From: Patescibacteria group bacterium
Lineage (GTDB): Bacteria; Patescibacteriota; Minisyncoccia; Phycocordibacterales; JBBTRF01
DNA length: 64,000 nt
Assembly: GCA_038065315.1 (NCBI GenBank)
Contig: JBBTRF010000001.1
Location: 161,642 to 225,641 of the forward strand
Reading direction: 5' to 3'
Under the pieces are notes generated by a model that saw nothing but the letters and a program-made list of their open reading frames with translations, did no database searches and had not been told where the DNA came from. Within the stretch, counting starts at the first letter, position 1; the number at the start of each line of letters is the position of its first letter. The translations under genes and the position numbers were made by a program. This document shows positions 39,875-49,835 of the stretch, in pieces.

Positions 39875-41257
39875 CTACTTCATCTTTTCGCCAAAGTGAA
39901 GCGGCTTCGAGCCTTTCGGATAGTGCACGAGCGGCAGTGCTGTCCACAATTTTCGCAAGGCATCCACGCACTTCCAACTCGCCTCAATCTCGCCCTTTGA
40001 CACAAAGCCTGTCTGTTCGTCGTGGAGAGCGTCGTGGTAGACCTTTTCATATCCGTCCGGCGCATTGTGCGTGTGACCCAAATGATCTTGAATCACCCGC
40101 CACGACATCATATCCTCTCGTCCACCAATATGGAAGGTGACCTGCGGATCTGGCTGAATGCGAAATTCAATACGGTCGCCATTTTTGAAATACACCACCA
40201 CTTCGGTCACCGAGGCATCGAGACCTTTGCCTGCAGACAGAATAAAACTCACCCCTTTCCAGCGCGGCATGTCAATAGAGGTCTCGCAAGAGAAAAAAGT
40301 TTCCGTCTGCGATCCAGCCTCCACACCCTCTTCGTGTTCATACCCCTCATATTGTCCACGGATGAGGCGCGGCAGCTTTCGATTTAACTTTGGTAACGAA
40401 AGTTTCGAGATCACCTTCCGACGCTCTTCACGGAAGGCTTCACTGTCATCGGTCTTCGGCTTCTCCATTGCAACGAGGGCGAGCATTTGGAGCAAATGAT
40501 TTTGTCCGACATCGCGAAGTGCACCGACATGATCATATAAAGAACCGCGACCTTGAATATCGATCTTCTCAAACAAATGGAATTCAATGTGGTCAATAAA
40601 CTCATGATTCCAAACATCTTTCAAACTCGGCTCGGTGAAATGCATGGTGAGCAAGTCCCAAAGCGGCATCTTCATGAGATAGTGGTCGATGCGGAAGATT
40701 TGCTCTTCAGAAAAAATGCGAGCGAGGAGTGCATTGATCTTTTTTGCACTCTTGGCGTCGATACCAATTGGCTTCTCGAGTAATACTCGTGTTTTCCCTG
40801 GTCCATCAGCGCAAGAAAGGTGTAGACCAGCCTTGTGCATATTCTCGAGGACGGGCTCGTAGAAAAAGGGTGAGAGTGCGAGGTGAAAAAGCTTGTGGCT
40901 GCATTCGCCGAGGCGCTCATCGATCTCCGCGAGTATTGGCATGAGGCGCTCGTAGGCATCGAGCTGATCAAAATATCCTTGATGGTATCGAACATGCGAA
41001 ATAAACTGCGACAACTTTGACTTCACTTCTTCGAAATCATGCTGGCCATCTGCACCGACTGACGAACACCACTCTTCCACCATCGCACCGAAAGCTTCGT
41101 CACTAAAAGGGCGTCGAGCGAAACCGACAATACAAAAACGATCTTCGTGGAGATAGCCGTTGAGGAACATGCGGAATAGCGACGGGAAGAGTTTCTTCTC
41201 CGCCAAATCGCCAGTGGCGCCGAAAATGACAATAGTGACAGGGGTATTGTGTTCCAT
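39875..41257 (-). CDS. zwf: Glucose-6-phosphate 1-dehydrogenase
   Basis: FGATGDLA, LEKP, RIDHYL.K, DVGQNHLLQ, RWKGV. Confidence 0.92.
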   Translation of the reverse strand: MEHNTPVTIVIFGATGDLAEKKLFPSLFRMFLNGYLHEDRFCIVGFARRPFSDEAFGAMVEEWCSSVGADGQHDFEEVKSKLSQFISHVRYHQGYFDQLDAYERLMPILAEIDERLGECSHKLFHLALSPFFYEPVLENMHKAGLHLSCADGPGKTRVLLEKPIGIDAKSAKKINALLARIFSEEQIFRIDHYLMKMPLWDLLTMHFTEPSLKDVWNHEFIDHIEFHLFEKIDIQGRGSLYDHVGALRDVGQNHLLQMLALVAMEKPKTDDSEAFREERRKVISKLSLPKLNRKLPRLIRGQYEGYEHEEGVEAGSQTETFFSCETSIDMPRWKGVSFILSAGKGLDASVTEVVVYFKNGDRIEFRIQPDPQVTFHIGGREDMMSWRVIQDHLGHTHNAPDGYEKVYHDALHDEQTGFVSKGEIEASWKCVDALRKLWTALPLVHYPKGSKPLHFGEKMK

Positions 41258-41265
41258 TGATGATA

Positions 41266-41748
41266 TTATCGAGACGAAACGAGAAGAACGAGGACAACCA
41301 ACGCAAGCTGGCTAGCGATGCCGAGGAGTGTTTTACCTTCAAGACGATGCGAGGTGTGAATCCACCGATGAAACGCCTGAAGCTGCGCTATCGGCCCTTT
41401 TGGGTACTTACTATACACGAATTGGAGGAAATCGGGAAGGATTGCTGCAAGCGCTCCGATGAGCCAGAAGTAGTTTCCTATAGGGTGCCAAAAAAATACT
41501 CCAGCGACCACCAGACCAAGCAGCGCATCGCCGCCGATACGGACGAGATCAAGCATAAAAAGACGGTCGAACGTTAACTTCGTTGGCACATCAGGGTTTG
41601 CCGAAGCGGAAAGAATTTTGTAATCCCAATGAGGTAGCGCATCGAGCAAAAAGTGGCTGCCGAAGGCGAAAAGACCACCCAGGATCGGGTGGTTCGGAAG
41701 CGCGGCCGCGACGGCCGCGCCAACAACAGCGTGAGTCGATAAGGTCAT
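41266..41748 (-). CDS. Membrane protein, metal-dependent-hydrolase-like
   Basis: H..VG, SHFLLDALPH, LPD, FH..IH. Confidence 0.6.
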   Translation of the reverse strand: MTLSTHAVVGAAVAAALPNHPILGGLFAFGSHFLLDALPHWDYKILSASANPDVPTKLTFDRLFMLDLVRIGGDALLGLVVAGVFFWHPIGNYFWLIGALAAILPDFLQFVYSKYPKGPIAQLQAFHRWIHTSHRLEGKTLLGIASQLALVVLVLLVSSR

Positions 41749-42248
41749 TATGGCTTGGTAGGAGTCTGTGGGTCTTTTGGCGGGTCTTCATCGACAGACT
41801 CGTCCGGGCTCTCGATCAATCGCTCAGCGAAACCACGCAGTGACTTCACACTAAAATAAAAGGCGGCGAGAAAAGACAGTGCGAGCACTTGGTTGGTATA
41901 AAACAACACCTCGCGCACACCTTGCATACCGTACGTAGAGTAACCGGCAATCGAATGAAAGCCGAACACCAGCAAACCAAAGCCTGCCACAAGGACGTCG
42001 AAAATGAGAATCCACCGCGAATGCGGATTGGTGTAGCCAGCCGCAAATGTCACCGCAATAATCGCAAAAACAGAAAACGTCACAGGGATGGCGAGCTCAT
42101 TCTTGAAAAACGGCAATGTCGCCAGCATCACAAAAGCCACAAAGAAGAAGAAGCGGCGGATCGTGTGGCCGAAGTAATGCGGAATCTCATCTCGGTGTCT
42201 CGAGCCCAGTGTCCACTTATTCTCGTCGTATGTTTCGTATTCAACCAT
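41748..42248 (-). CDS. Four-TM hypothetical membrane protein
   Basis: Four hydrophobic segments; translationally coupled to the next gene. Confidence 0.65.
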   Translation of the reverse strand: MVEYETYDENKWTLGSRHRDEIPHYFGHTIRRFFFFVAFVMLATLPFFKNELAIPVTFSVFAIIAVTFAAGYTNPHSRWILIFDVLVAGFGLLVFGFHSIAGYSTYGMQGVREVLFYTNQVLALSFLAAFYFSVKSLRGFAERLIESPDESVDEDPPKDPQTPTKP

Positions 42249-42257
42249 ATTGTTTGC

Positions 42258-42650
42258 CTATAGCACCCCGAGCACCTTCCCTACTTCCTCCAAAATATCA
42301 TCCGGGGTGAGGAGAGCCTTCACCAAAAACTTCTTCGCGCCAAGCTCCGCACCTTTCTCAATATCACTCTTCTGATTCAAATTGGAAAGAAGCACGACAG
42401 GAATCGCCTTTGTCGCGGCGTCGGATTTTACCTTCTTCAAAATCTCGAATCCGTTGAGCCCGGGCAACAGTACATCGAGCACAATGAGATCTGGCTTCTC
42501 TTTCTCCAACACGGAAAACACCTCGTCACCATTCTTCGCATGGAACAGCGTTGGCGCATACTTCGCAAGCTTCTTCGTCATCAAATCGCTCAAAAACATA
42601 TCGTCCTCCACCCACAAAATCTTCTTGCCAGCGAGTGCCTTTTCTTTCAT
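42258..42650 (-). CDS. Single-domain response regulator
   Basis: VEDD, LDVLLP..NG, LSN, FLVK. Confidence 0.92.
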   Translation of the reverse strand: MKEKALAGKKILWVEDDMFLSDLMTKKLAKYAPTLFHAKNGDEVFSVLEKEKPDLIVLDVLLPGLNGFEILKKVKSDAATKAIPVVLLSNLNQKSDIEKGAELGAKKFLVKALLTPDDILEEVGKVLGVL

Positions 42651-42662
42651 CAGCCTATTGTA

Positions 42663-43916
42663 TTACTTTTTCAACGGTAATTCAACTGTAAACGTACTCC
42701 CGGCGTTTTCTCGCGTGACAAATCGAATCGTACCACCGTGGTCCTCGATGATTTTTTTCACAATAAACAAACCGAGGCCGGTACCGCCATTTTCTGCCTT
42801 GATCGCGTTGCGTGCTCTGAAGAAACGCTCAAAAACATGAGCTTTTTGCTCCTCGGGAATGCCGATGCCTTGATCAGCAACATTCACACGCAGCATCTGT
42901 CCGGCAATCTCAGCCGTCACGGCAATGGCGCCGCCGGCACGACTGTATTTGATCGCGTTGTCGATGAGATTTTGCAATGCCGAATGCAGCCGTTCCGCAT
43001 CGGCCCTTACGGTCGGTAGCGGCTGCTTCGTATACGCCAGAGACACCTCCCTCTTTTTGGCAAAAGCGGCAAGCTCTTCGATCGCATCTTCAATCACTTC
43101 TTCCACCTGCACCGGACCAAAAGAATAGCTGAGTTGGCCCACCTCCACACTGTTGGCATCCAAAAGATCGTTTACGAGCTTGATCATGTGATCATTCGTT
43201 TCACCCATCTTCTTCATGTACTGCTTCTGCTCGTCGGAAAGCTCGCCGACATCACCGGAATTAAAAAGGCTCAACGTCCACTTCAAAGCCGAAAGTGGTG
43301 TACGGAGCTGATGCGCAACGACAGAAATAAAGTCGGACTTTGCCTGGTCGAGGCCACGGAGTTCCGTGTTTGCTTTCTGCAACTCCTCGCTCTGCGCCTT
43401 GAGCACTTTCTCGGTCTTTACTTTTTCGTCGAGCAGCTTCTGCAGACTCTCGGTACGTTGAGCGACGCGGAATTCAAGCTCGTCGTTCATCTTTTCGAGC
43501 TCCCAAGTCTGATCTTTCACGCGTCGAGCGAGGTCAACCCTCGAAAGCAGCCTCAGGCGCTCTTCTTCGAGATAGCCATTCGGCAGAAGTGTCACCACGC
43601 TGGACATTCCCTGTCCGTCCGGATGCAGTTTCTCAAGGTCGGTAAAAATTCGTAGGAGATGTTGCGTCACTTTCTTGCGACCAATACTGTCTTCCAACTG
43701 TCCGACAAGCGCGCGAACAAAAATACCGACATGCTGATCGTGCGGGGCGGGCAGGTTGCAAGTGAGCCGCCCTTTTCGGTCGACAGAAAGATCATCTTCA
43801 GTATAGAAACGAGAGAGCACTTCAGACACTCGGCGGGCGCCGATCTGATTCGCCGCGAGAGCGACCACCGCATCGCCAAACTCATGGGCGAGGCGCGGAG
43901 GAATATCTGAATTCAT
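42663..43916 (-). CDS. Cytoplasmic sensor histidine kinase
   Basis: AHQLRTPL, NLIDNAIKY, DQGIGI, GTGLGL; start at ATG 43916. Confidence 0.92.
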   Translation of the reverse strand: MNSDIPPRLAHEFGDAVVALAANQIGARRVSEVLSRFYTEDDLSVDRKGRLTCNLPAPHDQHVGIFVRALVGQLEDSIGRKKVTQHLLRIFTDLEKLHPDGQGMSSVVTLLPNGYLEEERLRLLSRVDLARRVKDQTWELEKMNDELEFRVAQRTESLQKLLDEKVKTEKVLKAQSEELQKANTELRGLDQAKSDFISVVAHQLRTPLSALKWTLSLFNSGDVGELSDEQKQYMKKMGETNDHMIKLVNDLLDANSVEVGQLSYSFGPVQVEEVIEDAIEELAAFAKKREVSLAYTKQPLPTVRADAERLHSALQNLIDNAIKYSRAGGAIAVTAEIAGQMLRVNVADQGIGIPEEQKAHVFERFFRARNAIKAENGGTGLGLFIVKKIIEDHGGTIRFVTRENAGSTFTVELPLKK

Positions 43917-43924
43917 GAAGCAAA

Positions 43925-44818
43925 TTATACCACAGCCGTTTTCGCGCACGCTAGGCAAAACGCCGCGCCATCCGCCTCGGAACAGCCTTCGCAAATGATG
44001 AGGTGGTCGTGGCAGGCGAGATTCTTGCAGTTGACATACCGTTCCGATGGCGTCTCGCAGCGTCCGCAGCGGCCGACCACCTTGTGGGTCTTCGGATCAT
44101 TAAAATTCATCGTGACGCGGCCATCGAAGACATACAAGCTACCCTCAAAATCTTTTCCTGGAAACTTTTCCATATACGTGACAATACCACCATCGAGCTG
44201 GTACACGTCCTTGAACCCTTTTTTGAGCAAATACCCCGAAGCCTTTTCGCAACGTACGCCGGCAGTGCAGACAGTGAGGATTGGTTTTTCTTTCAAATCA
44301 GCAATCTCTTCTGCTACTTTCGGCAAGTCTCGAAAATTACTCATCTTTGGAATATGCGCGCCTTTAAACTGACCGACAGAGTGCTCGTAGTTGTTGCGCA
44401 TGTCGACGATAGAAAATTGTTTTCCCTGCTCAAACCATTCACGCAAGGTTTCCGGCTTCAGGTGAGTTGCAGTGAGTTCCGTCGGATTTACATCGCCTGT
44501 CTGAGGGTCGAGGTCATCGAGGTGAGCACTCACGATCTCCTTGCGAGCTTTTACGGAGAGACGCGGGAAAGCTGTACCGTCGGCAGTACCGGCGCTGCGC
44601 TTCCAGTGAATATCAGCAAAGCGCGGGTCCTGCTTCATTTCCATGACATAGGCCTCGACATTCTCGCTGAGACCCTCGAAAGTACCGTTGATTCCTTCTT
44701 CGGCAACGATGATGCGACCTTTCAAGCCCAGCTTCTCGCAAAGGGCTTTTTGGGCCAACATGAGGGCCCTTGGATCAGCAACATGGACGTATTTGTAATA
44801 AATGAGGATGGTGTACAT
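43925..44818 (-). CDS. trhO: Rhodanese-domain tRNA U34 hydroxylase (TrhO/YceA family)
   Basis: GRI..A.EGINGT, D.RN.YE..VG.F, CT.G.RCEK, GGI..Y, YVFD.R. Confidence 0.85.
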   Translation of the reverse strand: MYTILIYYKYVHVADPRALMLAQKALCEKLGLKGRIIVAEEGINGTFEGLSENVEAYVMEMKQDPRFADIHWKRSAGTADGTAFPRLSVKARKEIVSAHLDDLDPQTGDVNPTELTATHLKPETLREWFEQGKQFSIVDMRNNYEHSVGQFKGAHIPKMSNFRDLPKVAEEIADLKEKPILTVCTAGVRCEKASGYLLKKGFKDVYQLDGGIVTYMEKFPGKDFEGSLYVFDGRVTMNFNDPKTHKVVGRCGRCETPSERYVNCKNLACHDHLIICEGCSEADGAAFCLACAKTAVV

Positions 44819-44858
44819 GAATGATTTTTGTGCCTCTATTGTATATCACGATGCCGAC

Positions 44859-44900
44859 AAAAAGAAAACGCCCGCCGCGACACAAGGTGCGCGACGGGCG
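44859..44900 (-). terminator. Intrinsic terminator after gmk
   Basis: CGCCCGTCGCG..CGCGGCGGGCG plus TTTTCTTTTT on the minus strand. Confidence 0.65.
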
Positions 44901-44931
44901 GACAAAAACCCGAATAGTTGGAAAGCGGACA

Positions 44932-45636
44932 TCATGCCGCAGCGGCAGATCGAGGAACCCACGGATGCTGGTGCCATGGCCGCAACTGGCTCTTAGCACT
45001 CGCCAAACGACCACGCAGATCAATCGCGCGACGCAGTGCCGAAAAAGCGGCGGCGATGTGTTCCGGCCCATCGAGATCATTGACGACGGTAGCCTGACAT
45101 TCTGAAACGCACCCCAGCTCCTTTTTAGCTGATGCGAGACGTGCAGCAACCTCCTCTTCGGAGATGGGCTTTCCTTGCGCCAATGCACGAACCCGCAAGT
45201 GCCGTTCCACGGTTGCCATTGAAGCGTAGATGAAGATCGCCAACAGGCCGTGACGGATCAACTCATCATCATGCGCCTTGATCTGCCGCAAGCCTTGAAT
45301 ATCAATCGCGCAGACCACATCCTCACCGGCAGCGAGACTTTCCAGGATCGGCGCTTTGGGTGTGCCATAGAGATTACCGTGCACCTCAGCATATTCGAGG
45401 AATAGTCCCTCCTGCTGACGTTTCATGAACACTTCACGAGTAAAGAAGTAGTAATCCTTCCCATCTTCTTCATCGGGACGTGGAGCGCGTGTCGTGCAGG
45501 TGATCTGCCGACGACCATACCCTCCCTTCACCAACATGTCCACAAAGGTCGTTTTCCCGACTGCTGTCGGACCAACAAGGCAGGTGAACCTACCGTTTTG
45601 TGGGCTGTGTTTTTGACCAGGACTGGAACTTGCCAT
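44932..45636 (-). CDS. gmk: Guanylate kinase
   Basis: GPTAVGKT, TTRAPRPDE.DGKDY.F, EYAEVHGNLYGT, IDIQG. Confidence 0.9.
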   Translation of the reverse strand: MASSSPGQKHSPQNGRFTCLVGPTAVGKTTFVDMLVKGGYGRRQITCTTRAPRPDEEDGKDYYFFTREVFMKRQQEGLFLEYAEVHGNLYGTPKAPILESLAAGEDVVCAIDIQGLRQIKAHDDELIRHGLLAIFIYASMATVERHLRVRALAQGKPISEEEVAARLASAKKELGCVSECQATVVNDLDGPEHIAAAFSALRRAIDLRGRLASAKSQLRPWHQHPWVPRSAAAA

Positions 45637-45747
45637 AGGCTTAGCTAATTTTCCAAAATTTGGGTATCAAAGATCCCACCCCCGACATCCGGAGGTGATA
45701 GAGTTATACCCTAAATATCATAAAGTGGCAATAGACATTTCGCCTGT

Positions 45748-46419
45748 CTACTTCTTCCAATCCCCACTATTGAAACGGTTGCCGCTCGCGTTCATGTGCC
45801 AGCTGTGCGGATGGGTACCGTGGATCTTGTGCCAAAATTGCCGCGCGCTTTCAGTGAACAGCTTGTTGTAGACGACGACCTTGCGAGACTCGAGCAGTTT
45901 GCCACCTAATTCATTGCCGCGCGAGTGTTCTTCCATCAGCTCTAATTCCACGTCTAGAGTGTCGGCATCTTTCACGATCTTCGCCTCTAGCGATTGACGC
46001 TTTTCGTATTCGGCAAGTAGTGGCAAGACCTCGGCAGCAAAAACAGTCCCGTTAAACATATCGTGTGCACCCTTTTCCTCATCGCGCTGAGTGTATTGGC
46101 GAGAAATATAGTCAACATCACCCGTGCGGCTCTCAGCGAGGTCGTGTGCCATGGCGATCTTCAGGATCTTTTCTTCGCTCATTTTCTTGGTCGCGCCACC
46201 CATCTCCCTTTCATGCTTCGCGAGCATCAAGGCCGTCCACATCACACGAAACGTGTGCTCCGAAGCATTTGCCACGTCAGGATTGTGAAATCGCTTCCAT
46301 GTGCGCTGGACGTGCCGAAAACAGCCAATCTCGTAGAGAAGTTCGGTATCGCGGGTGAGGTCTCGCTGAATCGGCACCTTTTCTGCAGTAGCAACTTTCT
46401 TGTTCGATCTAGCTTTCAT
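45748..46419 (-). CDS. HD-domain 5'-nucleotidase (YfbR/HDDC2-like)
   Basis: SEH.FR, AHDLAE.RTGD, KDAD.LD. Confidence 0.85.
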   Translation of the reverse strand: MKARSNKKVATAEKVPIQRDLTRDTELLYEIGCFRHVQRTWKRFHNPDVANASEHTFRVMWTALMLAKHEREMGGATKKMSEEKILKIAMAHDLAESRTGDVDYISRQYTQRDEEKGAHDMFNGTVFAAEVLPLLAEYEKRQSLEAKIVKDADTLDVELELMEEHSRGNELGGKLLESRKVVVYNKLFTESARQFWHKIHGTHPHSWHMNASGNRFNSGDWKK

Positions 46420-46931
46420 GAGGACAGTATATAAAAATGACAGGAAAGCCACAACGTTGACACCTCCCGCAACTCCTGCGACAAAATCTTTGCCGAATAA
46501 TTGGCCGTGGAAGGCTGGTCAAAATGGAATTTGCCGTGGAAGGTCTTGCCCGCAAGCAGCAACGGCAGCCAGTGAATATCGTCGGACCACATCTGCTCGT
46601 AGGGGATCTTCGCAAGGTCGAACCAACACGGTGTCATCTCCTCGGTCTCCGCGGGTGTGCCGCTGAATTTCGTAGCCTCAAACACATGCACCTCGAGTAT
46701 TTTCGGATTGTTTTCGAAACTGAATTCGAGGATACCTTTCTGCCGAATATCCAAAGTCTCGATACATACCTCTTCCCGAAGCTCACGGACCGCTGCAACA
46801 TCAATCGCCTCGCCAGGTTCAACTTTCCCGCCAAACCCATTCCAGCGGCCAGCACCGAGGCCAACCTTTTTCATGCCGAGAAGGATCTTCGGACCTTGAT
46901 GGACGACACAAGGGGTGAATAGCTTTCTCAT
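46416..46931 (-). CDS. NUDT1/MTH1-like 8-oxo-dGTP diphosphatase
   Basis: WNGFGGKVE.GE....AA.REL.EE, ETEEM.P.WF, IPY..MW.DD. Confidence 0.85.
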   Translation of the reverse strand: MRKLFTPCVVHQGPKILLGMKKVGLGAGRWNGFGGKVEPGEAIDVAAVRELREEVCIETLDIRQKGILEFSFENNPKILEVHVFEATKFSGTPAETEEMTPCWFDLAKIPYEQMWSDDIHWLPLLLAGKTFHGKFHFDQPSTANYSAKILSQELREVSTLWLSCHFYILSS

Positions 46932-46953
46932 GAAGATAATAGTAGCAAACAAT

Positions 46954-46989
46954 GCACCGAAAATCCCCGTCGCCGGGGATTTTCGGTGT
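46954..46989. terminator. Strong hairpin downstream of the 47014-47490 gene
   Basis: CACCGAAAATCCCC-N6-GGGGATTTTCGGTG. Confidence 0.65.
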
Positions 46990-47013
46990 TCAATTACATT
47001 CAGCCTCTTACAC

Positions 47014-47490
47014 CTAGAACCCAAATCGACCGAAACCACCCATGCCACGCTCGCCCTTCATGCCGTGGCCCTTGCCTTTGGCTTTTCCGGCATTCGTAGC
47101 GGCCTGAGTAGTAACAAAGCTGAGACGCTGATCAGCCTGGGCCTGCGTGATCACACCCTGTGACACGAGTGCCTGAAGTTGGCTGGTGAGCTGAGCCTTG
47201 CGCTGAGCTTCCATCTTGGTCTTCAAGACTTCTTTCGTGACGCCTTTCTCAGCGGCCAACTGCTCAAGAGACTTACCTTGAGCCCACGCCGCCTTCACTT
47301 CGGCCACTGTGGCACCAATGAGTGTCGCCTGAGCTTCGAACATGGTCGATTGCTTGGTCGCAATCTCCTGCGGAGTGAGATTCGCCATCGGAAAGCCATG
47401 AGCCGAAGCGGTGGTCGTTCCCGCCAGCAAGCCGAGTCCGAGGACCGGCAAAATTGCGTATAATGCGAGTTTCGTTTTGGTTTGTTTCAT
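47014..47490 (-). CDS. Secreted helical protein (likely ECF target)
   Basis: Signal peptide ending ASA; GKSL..LA.EKG, V..G.ITQ.QAD repeats; Gly-rich tail. Confidence 0.75.
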   Translation of the reverse strand: MKQTKTKLALYAILPVLGLGLLAGTTTASAHGFPMANLTPQEIATKQSTMFEAQATLIGATVAEVKAAWAQGKSLEQLAAEKGVTKEVLKTKMEAQRKAQLTSQLQALVSQGVITQAQADQRLSFVTTQAATNAGKAKGKGHGMKGERGMGGFGRFGF

Positions 47491-47584
47491 ATGTTTTCTT
47501 TGTTGTATATTATCGAATAATCCGCGCGCACCGGCGAACCTCTGCCGGCACCTATTAATACAATTTCGGATACAACATATTTCA

Positions 47585-48355
47585 CTATTTCGCCTCCTGC
47601 CCGCGTCGACCCCACATCATGCCGTGAGGTACTGGCGGACGCACACGATCATCGATACGTCGAATGCCAACTGCTTCGATAGTGCTACTTGCCCGCTCGC
47701 CCAACACCACGATCTCATCGCCAAGCTGAAGATCGAGACCGAATGGAAATTCCGTCTCAGAAGCAATGTTCACTTCGAATACGTCACCGCGCCGCGTGGT
47801 GAGCATCAGACCTCCCTCAGTAAAGGCTGAAATACTGCCGCGATGCACACCGTCGCCGCGCGGCAACACGTAGCCGCGGTAAAATGGATCCATCACCGGC
47901 ATCCCCTGCCGTTCGACAAATTTGAATACCTGTCCATGGAAGTCGATACGGAAGAGTAGCGCGCTGCCCAGCACTACCAATCCCAATACACCGAATAATG
48001 AATACAAGAGCGGCTTGCGATACCCGAAAGCGTAGCGCTTCACGAGCAATTCAAGGAGAAAGATAAATATCAGCGACACGAGAATCAGTATCCAAGGCAA
48101 TGAAAAAAGAAACACGCCGACACCATGAAAACCGAAGCCGGGGATAAAGAGCAGACCCGCCTCGCGCAAAGCGAACAAAATGAAGCTGATCAGATACAGC
48201 GCCGCCATGGCCAAAATAATCATGCCCAGAATACCTAAAACAGCCTTCAATACGAAATGCCAACGCGGACGCATCACCATCTGCCCCTCCTTGATCTTGG
48301 CGAGCAATGTCTCTTGTAGTGTGTTGTTATGATTGTGTTCCATAGGTGTGTTCAT
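47585..48355 (-). CDS. Probable membrane anti-sigma factor
   Basis: Overlaps the ECF sigma stop; three TM segments plus an extracytoplasmic beta domain. Confidence 0.6.
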   Translation of the reverse strand: MNTPMEHNHNNTLQETLLAKIKEGQMVMRPRWHFVLKAVLGILGMIILAMAALYLISFILFALREAGLLFIPGFGFHGVGVFLFSLPWILILVSLIFIFLLELLVKRYAFGYRKPLLYSLFGVLGLVVLGSALLFRIDFHGQVFKFVERQGMPVMDPFYRGYVLPRGDGVHRGSISAFTEGGLMLTTRRGDVFEVNIASETEFPFGLDLQLGDEIVVLGERASSTIEAVGIRRIDDRVRPPVPHGMMWGRRGQEAK

Positions 48356-48893
48356 AGATCTTTTTTAACTGCGCTTTCGCCCGCCGGAGTCTCACGCCGA
48401 CCGTCGACATTGGGATCTGGAGCACTTCGGCGATCTCCTGATACCCCAACTCTTCATAATACGAGAGGATGAGCACCTCCTGGTATTTCGCATCAAGCTC
48501 GTGAAGGCATTTGTCGAGCAATTCTTTGTTGATCCTCCCTTCCGCTTCCGTATCTGCCGTCTCTTCGGCGATGGGATGCGGGAACAATATATCTTTATCA
48601 AAATCGAAGAATGGAAAGAACTTGAAACGATTTTTCTTCAGTGCGTTCACAAACTCATTGTGCGCGATGCGATAGATCCACGGCGAGAAACGTTTACTCG
48701 TGTCAAAGCTGCGAATATTCATGTACGTTTTCACAAACACTTCCTGCACAAGGTCTTTGATATCTTCCGTATCCTGCAGAAATTTTCGGCCGTAGCGCAA
48801 AATTTTCTTTTCATAACGCGACATCAGCACGCCAAAAGCCTCAGCGTCGCCGGCTTGAACCTTCCCTACAATTTGTTCATCGGTAGGTTCCAT
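48327..48893 (-). CDS. ECF RNA polymerase sigma factor
   Basis: DLVQEVF, FSPWIYRIAHN, YQEIAEVL..P..TV..RL.RA. Confidence 0.93.
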   Translation of the reverse strand: MEPTDEQIVGKVQAGDAEAFGVLMSRYEKKILRYGRKFLQDTEDIKDLVQEVFVKTYMNIRSFDTSKRFSPWIYRIAHNEFVNALKKNRFKFFPFFDFDKDILFPHPIAEETADTEAEGRINKELLDKCLHELDAKYQEVLILSYYEELGYQEIAEVLQIPMSTVGVRLRRAKAQLKKIYEHTYGTQS

Positions 48894-48949
48894 ACAGCAA
48901 AAGTAGTCGGCTGAACCGATACATTATGTAATACAAATGTCAGTCGATT

Positions 48950-49549
48950 TTATTTCCCAGGAAACAGCCCGCAAACACTGCGCACAACCACCACCAACAC
49001 CGCCCCAGATACATCCATCAGCATATCTTTCTGCGCATCCCAAATATCTCCCTGCGAGCCGAGAAAGGCGGCACCGGCCTCACCACCATAAATCGCCGCA
49101 TAGCCCCACTCGATCCATTCATAGAAGACGGCGACAAAAGCGATGGCGAATACGGCGTAGGTGTTGGCGAGCCACTGTTTTGCCACCAAGCCACGCATCA
49201 CGAGATATTCAATGATCGGTAGCGCGTAGAAGCCCACAACAAAGTGGCCGATCCGATCGAACATATTGCGCTCGTAGCCAAAAAAATCGTTGAACCAGTC
49301 GAACGGCACGAGTTCAAAGGTGTAGTGCCCACCGATCGTGTGCCAGAACGGCAGGATGAACATCAGGACGTAGGCGGTGCTGGAGAAGCGGATGTTTCTG
49401 ATATAGAGAACCGTGATGAAGATGACGAGTGCGAGGATCGGCCCGTTTTCAACATACCAGACGGCACGGGAGTATGGGTGGATACCAGCGACGATGAATT
49501 CGATGGTGTAGGCGGCGAGGAGAGTATGTGGGAGGTATTTTTTGAGCAT
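48950..49549 (-). CDS. DUF2238 (YjdF-like) membrane protein
   Basis: W..EN, GGHYTF..VP, RN.FDR.GH, FLGSQGDIWDAQKDM. Confidence 0.85.
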   Translation of the reverse strand: MLKKYLPHTLLAAYTIEFIVAGIHPYSRAVWYVENGPILALVIFITVLYIRNIRFSSTAYVLMFILPFWHTIGGHYTFELVPFDWFNDFFGYERNMFDRIGHFVVGFYALPIIEYLVMRGLVAKQWLANTYAVFAIAFVAVFYEWIEWGYAAIYGGEAGAAFLGSQGDIWDAQKDMLMDVSGAVLVVVVRSVCGLFPGK

Positions 49550-49565
49550 AGATACATTATACAAC

Positions 49566-49597
49566 AAAAAAAATCTGCTTTCGCGGATTTCTTTTTT
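49566..49597. terminator. Terminator at the left edge of the AT-rich island
   Basis: A8-TCTGC-TTTC-GCGGA-TTTCTTTTTT. Confidence 0.6.
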
Positions 49598-49622
49598 GGA
49601 CATCACGATATTTGATTTTATA

Positions 49623-49835
49623 CTAGTTTATATAACCCGCGTCTTTCATTTTGCCAAAAAATGTAAGTAGGAAGAAAATCAGAAATATGACTAGAGCAGC
49701 AAATTCTGGACTATGATCCAACCGAAATCCCAACCATATTAATACCCAACCCAACAGATAGGTCAATATTGGCGAAATAACTGTAAGAGAATACATCACC
49801 GCATAATTACAGCACGGGGTCTTTGAGTTTTTCAT
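49623..49835 (-). CDS. Small two-TM hypothetical protein
   Basis: ATG overlaps the upstream TGA; hydrophobic. Confidence 0.55.
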   Translation of the reverse strand: MKNSKTPCCNYAVMYSLTVISPILTYLLGWVLIWLGFRLDHSPEFAALVIFLIFFLLTFFGKMKDAGYIN

